UHGV virus genome: UHGV-0204463
DNA: 39,398 bases
Direction: 5' to 3' (one strand)
From: a virus
The stretch's first letter is position 1, and each line of letters starts with the position of its first letter. A model generated the notes under the pieces. That model made no database searches, had not been told where the DNA came from, and saw only the letters and a list, made by a program, of their open reading frames with translations. Made by a program: the position numbers and the translations under genes. Positions 8,801 to 17,626 of the stretch are shown piece after piece.

Positions 8801-9145
8801 ATGACAACATTTGAAAGGATAAAAAATTTAGCAAAACAAAAAGACAAAAGCCTTCAACAAGTTGCTAGAGAGTTAAAATACGGTGAAAATTATTTTTATA
8901 GTTTAAATGCAGGAAAACAACCAACCGCAGAAAAACTACAAGAAATTGCCAATTATTTTAATGTTTCTGTAGATTATTTGCTTGGACGAACTGATAATCC
9001 AAATTCTGATAACTTAGAAGAAGATGAAATTGCAACTTTCTTCCGTGTAAATACAGAAGATTTAACCGAATCCGAAAAAGATCAGCTCAGAGAAGAGTTA
9101 AAAGAGTACTTAGAATTCATGAAATCAAGACTTAAAAACAAATGA
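8801..9145 (+). CDS. cI-like XRE-family repressor (ORF track 8780-9145; likely start at MTTFERIK)
   Basis: HTH SLQQVARELKYGENYFYSLNAG; RBS before 8801; upstream of ImmA-like gene. Confidence 0.7.
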   Translation: MTTFERIKNLAKQKDKSLQQVARELKYGENYFYSLNAGKQPTAEKLQEIANYFNVSVDYLLGRTDNPNSDNLEEDEIATFFRVNTEDLTESEKDQLREELKEYLEFMKSRLKNK

Positions 9146-9149
9146 TTGG

Positions 9150-9797
9150 ATGACCCCTATGTATTTAGACTACGATACTTATTTTGAATATCATGACCAG
9201 ACATATATTATTATTGAAAAAGTTGCTAATTACTATGGAATTGAATTAAAAGAGTTAAGATGGAAACACTACAAAGATTATATGATTGACGTAGAAAATG
9301 TTGACATAATTCCCTATAGTTTCGGTGATGTTTCAAGAAAAATATTTTCAGGAAATATAATAAGATTTCACGATAAATGCGGAATTTCCTATAATTCAAC
9401 AATGGTTAAAGGAAGGCAAAATTTCTCAATACTTCATGAATCTGCACATTATTTTTTTGATATGAATAAGGAATGCAAGTCTCAAAGTTTTTCAGATTTA
9501 ATTACTGGAAAAGGATACACTAGCGAAGATGAACCAAAAGAAATAAGAGCTAATATATTTGCATCCCTTGCTTTAATAAACAATGAAGCATTGAAAGAAT
9601 GTTTACAAAAACAAATGTCTTTCCGTCAAATTTGCGAAGAATTTGAAATGAGTGCTGCAGCACTATACGTAAGGTTATATGATTTTTTAACAAAAATATT
9701 CTTATTAAATCCATGCTTAGCTAGATCAGCTATTAATCAATATAGATATAACTATGATTCAACAAAATTAATTAGTTATGTGAAGATGGTTTTATAG
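9150..9797 (+). CDS. ImmA/IrrE-family zinc metallopeptidase (anti-repressor protease type)
   Basis: 215 aa with HExxH motif ILHESAHYF; classic pairing with upstream XRE repressor. Confidence 0.7.
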   Translation: MTPMYLDYDTYFEYHDQTYIIIEKVANYYGIELKELRWKHYKDYMIDVENVDIIPYSFGDVSRKIFSGNIIRFHDKCGISYNSTMVKGRQNFSILHESAHYFFDMNKECKSQSFSDLITGKGYTSEDEPKEIRANIFASLALINNEALKECLQKQMSFRQICEEFEMSAAALYVRLYDFLTKIFLLNPCLARSAINQYRYNYDSTKLISYVKMVL

Positions 9798-9914
9798 ATT
9801 TTTAGCAATGGTAAAATTAAAACAAAAAAAGTCCGTGCTGGGCACACGGACTTAAACCTCATTTTGAGATTTACTGACAAGTATATTATAACAGAAATGA
9901 GGATTAATTTAAAA

Positions 9915-10679
9915 ATGAAAAAAATTGTTACTTTAAGTTTATCATTATTACTGCTGACTGCTTGTTCTAACGAAACTAAACAGGTTTCAAAGCAAAACTC
10001 AAGCTCTACCACAATTACATCCGAAAAGAAAGATATTTCTGATTCTAAAAAAATTAATAGCTCAAGTAGTGAGTCATCAACTATACATTATTCAAGTACA
10101 CAAACAGATGAAACAACTCAAATGGAATTAGGTGGGTCTACCTATTCCCAAATTTTAGAGACTTATACTCAAAAGTTGACTACAACTACACCTATATTGA
10201 TTGAAGAACTGCGAAATGAAGGAGAACCTATAAAAGGCAATGTTTCAGCATTAGCTGAGGTTTTAAACTCTAAAATAGGAAAATTAGCAGATATTTCAAA
10301 TGCTGGAATTTCGGAAATGGCAAGCATACAACTTTCTAATAAAGACGACTATTCATTATATGAATCATGGGCAAATAAACTAACAGATGTTTATACTGCT
10401 GAAGCAAATAAGTTAACAGACTTGTATACCGAATTAGCTGCTGTTAACACGGAAATTTCTACATCACAACAACCATTGCCATCTACTCAATCATCTTCAG
10501 CAATTGAACAACCTCAAAGCTCTGAAGTTGAACAACCCGTATATGACAAAGTACGAAGCGGCGAAGGAGCTCGACAAGTAGCTGAGAGGAATGGATTAAC
10601 CTTAGAACAACTATTTGCACTAAATCCAGGCATTGACACCTCTGTTTTTTATCCTGGTCAACCACTAAGAATTAAATAA
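9915..10679 (+). CDS. lipoprotein with C-terminal LysM domain (ORF track 9864-10679; likely start MKKIVTL)
   Basis: signal peptide with lipobox LLTAC; Ser/Thr-rich linker; C-terminal LysM-like YDKVRSGEGARQVAERNGLTLEQLFALNPGI...YPGQPLRI. Confidence 0.65.
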   Translation: MKKIVTLSLSLLLLTACSNETKQVSKQNSSSTTITSEKKDISDSKKINSSSSESSTIHYSSTQTDETTQMELGGSTYSQILETYTQKLTTTTPILIEELRNEGEPIKGNVSALAEVLNSKIGKLADISNAGISEMASIQLSNKDDYSLYESWANKLTDVYTAEANKLTDLYTELAAVNTEISTSQQPLPSTQSSSAIEQPQSSEVEQPVYDKVRSGEGARQVAERNGLTLEQLFALNPGIDTSVFYPGQPLRIK

Positions 10680-10693
10680 AGGAGAGAACTTTT

Positions 10694-11023
10694 ATGAAAA
10701 AGATTAAATATTTTATTTATACACTACTATTGCTTATTGTATTTACTGCATGCGGAACTAAAGAAGTTAAGCCTGATTATACTAGTAAAGAAGCTGAAAC
10801 AGCACTAAATAACGGCGAAGATTTAACAGGTAAAACTGTGCAATTTACAGTTGATAAATATGTTCCTGATGGCTCATTAGGATATACAATTCAAACTGGA
10901 GATCATTTAAACTTTGTTTCAAGCAAAAATCCAGATGTAAGAACAGGGGATAAAGTAATTGCAAAAATAAAGAAAGTTGAAAACCTTATGGGGTCTTGGA
11001 TAATTACTTTCGATAAAAAATAA
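10694..11023 (+). CDS. small lipoprotein
   Basis: 109 aa; signal peptide and lipobox FTAC; RBS GGAGAG. Confidence 0.6.
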   Translation: MKKIKYFIYTLLLLIVFTACGTKEVKPDYTSKEAETALNNGEDLTGKTVQFTVDKYVPDGSLGYTIQTGDHLNFVSSKNPDVRTGDKVIAKIKKVENLMGSWIITFDKK

Positions 11024-11076
11024 TTCTCCCCTCTCTGGTGAGTTCTAGCATGTTCGATTCATGTTAGGGGCTTTAA

Positions 11077-12246
11077 ATGAATATTGAAGGTGAAACTATG
11101 GCGAAACTAAATTGGTCCAAAAAATACAAATATGTTTTTTCGTACTCAAACAAAAAAGGAACTTTTTGGGGATATCGCTATCCTTATTACAACTCTCTAA
11201 AACACCGAAAAGAAGCTAGCAAACGTGGATTTGAAAGTGAAAGAGCGGCGAATAAAGCATTGCTAAAAATCCAATATGATTTAGAAACACAAAATACTTC
11301 CTTCATCGAAAATAAACAACTCACCATAGATGAATGGATCAAAGTCTGGATACCTTACGCCCAAGACAATTGGAGTGTTTCAACAAAACAAAATATTGAA
11401 TCTGCTATCAAATTTCACATATCACCATTAATTGGAAATCAGAAACTATCTTCTTTAAATAAGATTACCTATAAGCGAGAATTTATTGACAAATTAAGAC
11501 AAGAAAACAAATATACAGAATCCACGATTCAAACGTGGCATAAAATTGTAATGAGGATGATTAACGCTGCGGTACACAATCAAATCATCCCTAGCAACAC
11601 GCTAACAGGCTTTAAATTTGATTTAAGTAATAATGTTCGTTCATTCTCTAAAAAGGAATTACAGCGATTTATAGCGGTTTTAGAAAACGAAGATATTCAA
11701 ACGCAAGTTATATTTTTGACTCTGCTAAAATCTGGAATGAGAAAAGGTGAATTGATGGGGCTGCGTTGGAGTGATATTGATTTAAACGAAAAATATTTCG
11801 ATATCAATTCTACACGTGGCGATTATGGTGAAAATAAGCCGAAAACAAAAACTAGTATTCGTAAAGTTTATTTTGACAACTCATTACTCACTTTAATAAA
11901 AAAATACAAAAATCATGAGAAAGAACGGCTTTTTAGAGAAGGGATAATTTTAAGCGATAAGGACTATTTTATTTTAAGTTCTCGAAATTTACCTATCAAA
12001 CAATCAAGAATTACGTATATGTTTCGCCTGTTATGTGAAAAAGCAGAAGTTCAAAACATAACCGTACACGGCCTAAGACATACCCATGCAACGTTTTTAA
12101 TTGAAGCAGGAGCAAACATTAAGTACGTTTCAACTCGGTTAGGACACAAGAATATTAATATAACTTTGGATGTTTATAGCGATGTGCTAAAAGAAGAAGA
12201 AAAAGAAACAGCTGATATGATGGATAAACTTATTGAGAACTTGTGA
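11077..12246 (+). CDS. int: tyrosine-type site-specific integrase
   Basis: 389 aa; C-terminal HGLRHTHATFLIEAGANIKYVSTRLGHKNINITLDVYSDV (R..HxxR..Y catalytic pattern). Confidence 0.85.
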   Translation: MNIEGETMAKLNWSKKYKYVFSYSNKKGTFWGYRYPYYNSLKHRKEASKRGFESERAANKALLKIQYDLETQNTSFIENKQLTIDEWIKVWIPYAQDNWSVSTKQNIESAIKFHISPLIGNQKLSSLNKITYKREFIDKLRQENKYTESTIQTWHKIVMRMINAAVHNQIIPSNTLTGFKFDLSNNVRSFSKKELQRFIAVLENEDIQTQVIFLTLLKSGMRKGELMGLRWSDIDLNEKYFDINSTRGDYGENKPKTKTSIRKVYFDNSLLTLIKKYKNHEKERLFREGIILSDKDYFILSSRNLPIKQSRITYMFRLLCEKAEVQNITVHGLRHTHATFLIEAGANIKYVSTRLGHKNINITLDVYSDVLKEEEKETADMMDKLIENL

Positions 12247-12447
12247 TTTGTGGTAAATCTGTGGCAAAAACACTCAAAACCATTGATATATAAACGCTCT
12301 ACCACTCCCCATCTGAAATTCCATAACAATTTAAGGAACAAAAAAATCATACAATACGCATTAAATAGCTGTTTTGTCATTTTTAATAATCTAAGATATG
12401 TAAATAATACCGCAAATCTGTGGTAAATTTTGTGGTAAAAATACACC
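12247..12447. repeat. TGTGGTAAA-type direct repeats just 3' of int (candidate arm-type integrase sites / att region)
   Basis: TTTGTGGTAAATCTGTGGCAAAAA at 12247-12275 and AATCTGTGGTAAATTTTGTGGTAAAAA at about 12412-12445. Confidence 0.35.
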
Positions 12448-12515
12448 TATGAGTATTTGACATTTTATTGAGTTTAGAATACGGCTAACTGAATTAGTTT
12501 GCCTAGAAGGCGACT

Positions 12516-12560
12516 ACGAAAAAAAAGACCTTATTCTTAAAAGAATGGAGGTCTTTTTTG
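12516..12560. terminator. bidirectional terminator hairpin (A8-stem-T6)
   Basis: AAAAAAAAGACCTTATTCTTAAAAGAATGGAGGTCTTTTTT read directly. Confidence 0.45.
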
Positions 12561-12683
12561 TATTATAATAATAATCACACCAACTGACTTTTAGACTTTT
12601 ATTTCAATTTTGTAAGTCAATCGTTAGATATATCAATGGATAAGTAGAATATTTCATTCTATTCTCTTTTTGAGGTGAATACA

Positions 12684-12809
12684 ATGAAAAAAATAATTAA
12701 ACATTTTATGAAACCTGTTGAAGTTTTTGAAACATTAGATGATGATATTGGGATGTTTTTAATCATTTCTATTTGCACAGCTCTGATCTTTACTTTCTTT
12801 AGTAAATAA
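12684..12809 (+). CDS. 41-aa hydrophobic small peptide (below ORF-track cutoff)
   Basis: RBS GAGGTG 7 nt before ATG; MKKIIKHFMKPVEVFETLDDDIGMFLIISICTALIFTFFSK has one TM helix. Confidence 0.3.
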   Translation: MKKIIKHFMKPVEVFETLDDDIGMFLIISICTALIFTFFSK

Positions 12810-12904
12810 AAAATGTGTTAAATAAATTCTCAGATACTTTCCGCAGTATATCAAATTGGGAAGTCAAAAATATCTAAAAAGAATTGACTTTTCATACAAC
12901 GTAT

Positions 12905-12938
12905 TTTTATGGACCATACAGGACTCGAACTGCAGTGC
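12905..12938 (-). other. partial tRNA 3' end (T-loop GTTCGAGTCC plus acceptor ATGGTCC-A) - putative att core copy
   Basis: minus-strand GCACTGCAGTTCGAGTCCTGTATGGTCCA; its acceptor strand is a perfect complement of the 5' strand GGACCAT of the tRNA-like gene at 14078-14150. Confidence 0.4.
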
Positions 12939-12949
12939 AAAAAAATCAA

Positions 12950-12997
12950 GCTTTTTTAAGCGGCTTATTTCCTAAACTGAACTGGAGATAAGCCGTT
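12950..12997 (-). terminator. terminator hairpin downstream of hemH
   Basis: AAGCGGCTTAT...ATAAGCCGTTT stem with flanking T/A runs. Confidence 0.35.
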
Positions 12998-13105
12998 TAA
13001 TTTTTGCTTAATTCTACTATATGCTATACCAGTAAATATATTCGTGCAAACCCTGAATAAATTGTTTAACAAATTCAAACTAAAATAAAAAACTAAAACA
13101 AATTA

Positions 13106-14047
13106 CTACAAAGAAATAATGTCCTTTACTAATTTTGCAAATTCAATATCTCCATTAAATGGATGAACATATTTGTAGACTTCCCCGCCATTTTCTAAAA
13201 AATAGTTTCTGTTTTCGTGTTCCAATTCTTCTATTGTTTCTAGACAGTCTACAACAAAACCTGGTGCAACAATTAATATATTTTTAATACCTTTTGATGG
13301 TAATTTTTTCAAGGTATCATCAGTTGCTGGTTTTAACCATTCAGATGGCCCAAATTTCGATTGATAGGTTTGATAATAACGAATATCTCCTAATTTATCC
13401 ATTATTAATTTTGTTGTTTTAGTACATTCCTTCGGGTAGTTATCCCCATCTTTTACATAAGACATAGGAATTCCGTGGTATGAAAAAACGATAGCATCTA
13501 TTGGACTTTCATTCAAAGCTTCATTTATTTTTTTTGAAAAGTAATCTATATACTGTGGATTATTGTAAAATGATCGAATAAATTTAATATCCACTATCCT
13601 ATCACTTTTTATAAAATAATTCATAACGGAATCAAACACTGATCCTACCGTTGTCCCAGAGTATTGCGGATACATTGGTATGACATTGAGTTCTTCAATC
13701 TCTTTTGATAATAATGTATCTAGAGCAGTTTCTATACTCGGTTCACTATATGACATTCCGATTGTAACTTCCACTTCTGGACATATATTTTTCAAATTTT
13801 CCATTTGTTTCTCAGTATATTCCAAAAGAGGAAATCCATTTTCAGTACAAATTTTTTGATAGAGTTTTGCTGATTTTTTTGGACGTATATTCAAGATAAT
13901 ACCGTTCAAAATCGGTTTCCAAATTATAGGATGTATTTTTATTACTCTTCTATCTGATAAAAAAGTTTTTAAATACTTCCTTACTTCCGTCTTGGAAGAA
14001 TCTTTTGGTGTTCCTAAATTCACTAAGAGAATTCCTGTTCTTTTCAA
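13106..14047 (-). CDS. hemH: ferrochelatase (protoheme ferro-lyase)
   Basis: 313 aa; N-terminal LLVNLGTP, SYHGIP and other ferrochelatase signatures. Confidence 0.9.
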   Translation of the reverse strand: MKRTGILLVNLGTPKDSSKTEVRKYLKTFLSDRRVIKIHPIIWKPILNGIILNIRPKKSAKLYQKICTENGFPLLEYTEKQMENLKNICPEVEVTIGMSYSEPSIETALDTLLSKEIEELNVIPMYPQYSGTTVGSVFDSVMNYFIKSDRIVDIKFIRSFYNNPQYIDYFSKKINEALNESPIDAIVFSYHGIPMSYVKDGDNYPKECTKTTKLIMDKLGDIRYYQTYQSKFGPSEWLKPATDDTLKKLPSKGIKNILIVAPGFVVDCLETIEELEHENRNYFLENGGEVYKYVHPFNGDIEFAKLVKDIISL

Positions 14048-14077
14048 AATAATTCACTACCTGTCTAATTCTATTAT

Positions 14078-14150
14078 CGACCATGATGAATTCGAACCAT
14101 CGACCGAATAGTCATGAGCCATTTGCTCTAACCAGCTGAGCTAATGGTCC
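14078..14150 (-). tRNA. tRNA-Met(CAT)-like gene with G1-G72 acceptor mismatch (possibly pseudo or chimeric 3' end)
   Basis: minus strand GGACCAT-TA-GCTC-AGCTGGTTA-GAGC-A-AATGG-CTCATGA-CTATT-CGGTC-GATGG-TTCGAAT-TCATC-ATGGTCG-A folds as cloverleaf, anticodon CAT; no encoded CCA. Confidence 0.5.
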
Positions 14151-14512
14151 AAGTAATAACTAGCTTATTGGGGATAAAATAGTTCTTACTAGTTATAGCT
14201 TAATATATAACAATTTTACTTTACTGATTTTCAATTTTCAACAAAAAAACGACCACCTTATTGAGAAAAGGCGGTCTGCGTGAAAAAATAAGAGTTTAAA
14301 TATGTATAGATATTTTACAATATCTATTTTTTGAGTTCAATATTTTTATGTAAAAAAAGCCGCCTCATTGGGGTAAGGCGACAAGAGGTAGTAATAAAAT
14401 GAAAAATAAAATTGTTTGGTAAAGATATTTTACCTCTTTCTTTTTTTAATTTCAAGTTTTCATTTTACAAAACAATTGTATTTTATTTATAATTCAAATA
14501 TACAACTGTATT

Positions 14513-14575
14513 AAAAACACCTACTAAACATACACAACTTGGGGAAGTATTGTGCGTCTTAAGTAGGTGTTTTCT
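14513..14575. terminator. bidirectional terminator hairpin with conserved inner loop CTTGGGGAAGTA (copy A)
   Basis: A5-ACACCTAC...GTAGGTGT-T4; homolog of 15910-15973. Confidence 0.45.
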
Positions 14576-14599
14576 ATATACACAAGATAATTTCGTTTT

Positions 14600-14670
14600 A
14601 ACTACTATGATAAATTCGAACCATCAACCTAATGGTCATGAGCCGTATGCTCTAACTAGCTAAGCTAACA
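14600..14670 (-). pseudogene. degenerate second copy of the same tRNA-Met-like sequence
   Basis: shares GGCTCATGAC anticodon loop and GATGGTTCGAATTTATC T-arm with 14078-14150, but acceptor and D stems do not pair. Confidence 0.35.
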
Positions 14671-14744
14671 ATTTTTAAATAAAAAATAACAGATCCTTTA
14701 ACATGTAAAGAATCTGTTTAGAAAAAAGAGTATGCCATAAATCC

Positions 14745-14790
14745 TTGTCTTAAGTTTAACACAAAGACCCTAATCTAAACTAGGGTCTTT
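14745..14790. terminator. bidirectional terminator AAGACCCTA-loop-TAGGGTCTT
   Basis: read directly. Confidence 0.45.
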
Positions 14791-15015
14791 TTATTGGTAC
14801 ATCGATAATAGTTTCTCATAACTAATTACTGTTTTTTCTTTTTTGTTTTTTGGCTTAGAACTGTCTATAATATTAATTACTGCTGAATTAATTAATAAAA
14901 CAGCTATTATACCACTTCTAATTTCTTTTCTGTAAATAAATGATACTTTCTGTCCTTCTTCAAACTGTTTACTTTTATCTGATGGTATAACTTCTTTCCA
15001 TGTTCCAAATCCCAT
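14791..15015 (-). CDS. small membrane protein (ORF track 14791-15042; likely start MGFGTW with RBS AAAGGAGA)
   Basis: one TM helix IIAVLLINSAVINII; bracketed by two terminators. Confidence 0.35.
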   Translation of the reverse strand: MGFGTWKEVIPSDKSKQFEEGQKVSFIYRKEIRSGIIAVLLINSAVINIIDSSKPKNKKEKTVISYEKLLSMYQ

Positions 15016-15074
15016 ATGATGATCTCCTTTCGTTTTCAACATTCAGAGCCTATCAATTTAATCTTATAAAAAAA

Positions 15075-15103
15075 ACGTTCCAATTAAATTGGAACGTTTT
15101 ACC
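15075..15103. terminator. perfect palindrome AAAACGTTCCAATT-TAAA-TTGGAACGTTTT
   Basis: read directly; downstream of csp. Confidence 0.5.
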
Positions 15104-15113
15104 AAAACCTTTA

Positions 15114-15314
15114 TTATGCTTTAAAAATATTAACAGCTTGCATACCGCGCTGTCCTTCTTCAATATCAAAAGTTACTGCTTGTCCTTCTTCTAATGACTT
15201 AAAACCATCCGCTTGAATTGCTGAAAAATGAGCAAATACATCATTGCCATCTTCACCTGTAATAAATCCAAAACCTTTGTCTGAGTTAAACCACTTTACT
15301 GTACCGTTGTTCAT
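15114..15314 (-). CDS. csp: cold-shock protein, CspA family (ORF track to 15335; start [10 protein letters not shown])
   Basis: [15 protein letters not shown] and [12 protein letters not shown] motifs; RBS AAGGAGG. Confidence 0.9.
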   Translation of the reverse strand: MNNGTVKWFNSDKGFGFITGEDGNDVFAHFSAIQADGFKSLEEGQAVTFDIEEGQRGMQAVNIFKA

Positions 15315-15909
15315 ATATGTTTCCTCCTTGTGCATACCCTGTATGCGATTTGTTGCAAAAAATGTTTGATAAGCAAAAGGAGAATTATAGTCTTATGTAT
15401 AGCGCTCTCGTTACATGTCAAAATTGATTACTTATTTATAATACCATACTATTTCCTATAAAGCAAATGAGTGTATTAAAACATGATGGACCAATACTAT
15501 AAAAAGGTTATAATCCATCTACTCTAGACATGAAATATAAATATACGATACAAAAACCCCCTTGCACAATTATGATACAAGGGGCCTGTAGTCTTTTACT
15601 ACAAGTAATTGCTTTATTATTCTAGCAAATTAGTTTTGTTAATTCAACCAATAAAATCATTCACGACTTATTAACAAAATTGTGTTTGGCTTTAAATTAG
15701 AACTGGGATATTAAGGAATATCGCTAAAGTAGCTATACTACACTTTTCCACTTATTTAAAAGGAAACTGTTCTCAAGTAATAGTAGCTTAGAAATAGTCT
15801 AATTCTATTTTTATTAGGATAAATTCCGTACACATTATCCTTTTCATAAATTCAAGCTTAACCTTGTTATAAAAAAAGAAAATCGGTTATGATTAACAAG
15901 TAAAATCTA

Positions 15910-15973
15910 AAAAAAACACCTACCGCACAGTCAACTGCTTGGGGAAGTACGTGCATCTGTGGTAGGTGTTTTC
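15910..15973. terminator. bidirectional terminator hairpin with conserved inner loop CTTGGGGAAGTA (copy B)
   Basis: A7-ACACCTACC...GGTAGGTGT-T4; homolog of 14513-14575. Confidence 0.45.
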
Positions 15974-16019
15974 TTATGTAATACAATAGCTTTAAACTAA
16001 GCTACTTATTAGTAAAATT

Positions 16020-16085
16020 AAAATGCTCCTACCTAAGAACTTGTCATAAGATAGGAGCACCTCTTTTCTAAATCGAAAAGAGTCA
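16020..16085 (-). terminator. terminators of the lysis operon (two hairpins then T-run)
   Basis: CTCTTTTC-GATTTA-GAAAAGAG and TGCTCCTATCTT...AGGTAGGAGCA read on minus strand after lysin stop. Confidence 0.4.
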
Positions 16086-16150
16086 TAATATGAAAAGGTA
16101 ACTCTATTGTAAATGAGCTACCTCTAAATTTCAACTGATTTTGCAAAAAA

Positions 16151-17392
16151 TCAATGGCTCAATGTTTGACCAGGATAAATCAAGTTAGGATTTGCTAATC
16201 CGTTTAATGCAGCTAAGGTTTGATAAGTCGTACCAAGCTTAGCTGCAATACTTGATAAATTATCACCGTATTGAACTGTGTAAATGTTGCTTACTACTGA
16301 TCCATTTACTTTCAAAATTTGGCCAGGGTAAATAAGATTTGGATTTGTCAATCCATTTAATGCAGCCAATGTTTGATAGTTTGTTCCGTATTGATAAGCA
16401 ATGCTTGATAATGTTTCGCCATATTGTACCACATGAGTCGCTTCTGGTTGTTTATCAGGAACAGTTGCCGCATCTGGCAATAATTCAATATCGCCTTTGC
16501 TAATCCATGACAAGATACCTTCTAGCAATACTCTGCTTCCAGTTACTTCTTGCACTTTATAGCTGTTTCCTTTTACCCAATCTGGAATAGCTTCGCCAGT
16601 TGCCCAAGCATCTACATTAAATTTTACTTTGACGGTATCACCAACTTTTACTGCAGAAGTAGGTGTTTTTTCAACTTCTTTACCTTCTTCAATAGCTGGT
16701 GTGTTTGTTTCTGGTTGGTTATTTTTTGTATAACCATTATCGGTAATACCTGTTAAATCAACGTTACCATCTAGCCCTCCTGCAACGTAGGTTGACGTGA
16801 ACTGAAAAATACCGATATTTTCAAATGAAGGAAAATAATTGTAATTTGGATAAGGTGTCACTTCATAATCTGGATATTCTGCCATCCATAATTGATACTT
16901 CTTTGCAATTCGTGATAGATCATAAGCTGAAGTAAGATACCCTTTGTATCCGTAAAGCATCGGTGTATATCCAGCCTCTTTGATGTAGTCTAACGCCCAT
17001 AGCGTTACATCCGTCGATTGAACGCCGTCTTCCGCATCTAAGGCGACAATTGATCCCTTTGGTGTTTGAACTTTAGGTAAAAAGTAATCTAATACTTGCT
17101 TTGCATTTTCATAGGTAAGAACATTTTGCCACCATACATACGTATGCGCTCGTTTACCTTGAGCAATCGTACTAGCTACTTGACTAGAATAAGTAACTTG
17201 ATCATAAATCCCATAGTTGTTTTGCCCACCAATTTGTGAAATTGAGAATTTATCATGTGCATAACCAAATGTTGCTTGATACCCATTCCAAATAGACAAA
17301 TCAACGCCTTGGTCTCCTTTTGCAGCAAATGTGCTAACTGGTGATACAAAAAATAAGACTACCAGTAATGTTGCCAATAGTTTCTTTTTCAT
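16151..17392 (-). CDS. endolysin: N-terminal signal peptide, GH25 muramidase domain, two C-terminal LysM repeats
   Basis: [26 protein letters not shown] signal; [12 protein letters not shown]25-like motif; two near-identical LysM repeats; directly after holins. Confidence 0.8.
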   Translation of the reverse strand: MKKKLLATLLVVLFFVSPVSTFAAKGDQGVDLSIWNGYQATFGYAHDKFSISQIGGQNNYGIYDQVTYSSQVASTIAQGKRAHTYVWWQNVLTYENAKQVLDYFLPKVQTPKGSIVALDAEDGVQSTDVTLWALDYIKEAGYTPMLYGYKGYLTSAYDLSRIAKKYQLWMAEYPDYEVTPYPNYNYFPSFENIGIFQFTSTYVAGGLDGNVDLTGITDNGYTKNNQPETNTPAIEEGKEVEKTPTSAVKVGDTVKVKFNVDAWATGEAIPDWVKGNSYKVQEVTGSRVLLEGILSWISKGDIELLPDAATVPDKQPEATHVVQYGETLSSIAYQYGTNYQTLAALNGLTNPNLIYPGQILKVNGSVVSNIYTVQYGDNLSSIAAKLGTTYQTLAALNGLANPNLIYPGQTLSH

Positions 17393-17626
17393 TTATTTAT
17401 CTCCTTTCCTATCTGATAATCCAGGTGTTGTGGGATCTGTCACAATACCTAGAATAGTTAGCACAACAAATAATGCATTAACAACATCTAGCAGTTGCTT
17501 ATTAATCATTTCAATTTGAAATTTATATCCAAAAGGAACGGCTACTACTTGAATTAATAATAGAACTGCTGGAATAATCGAAAGCCAAAATTGTTTGTTC
17601 TTTATTCTTGATTTCCAATTAATCAT
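17393..17626 (-). CDS. holin, phi-LC3 family (ORF track 17393-17695; start MINWKSRIKNKQFW overlapping upstream stop as ATGATTAA)
   Basis: two TM helices; C-terminal GIVTDPTTPGLSD motif. Confidence 0.65.
   Translation of the reverse strand: MINWKSRIKNKQFWLSIIPAVLLLIQVVAVPFGYKFQIEMINKQLLDVVNALFVVLTILGIVTDPTTPGLSDRKGDK

Larger units (their letters stand above)
717..12515. mobile_element. temperate phage early/lysogeny module ending in integrase and att-like region
   Basis: gene content listed above. Confidence 0.8.

Noticed and set aside
12174-12446. 90-aa minus-strand ORF overlapping the integrase 3' end and att repeats
   Set aside because: Antisense to int with no RBS, and it spans the repeat region.
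12247-12447. DnaA-box cluster
   Set aside because: TGTGGTAAA differs from the TGTGNATAA DnaA box at two positions, so an arm-type integrase-site interpretation is preferred.
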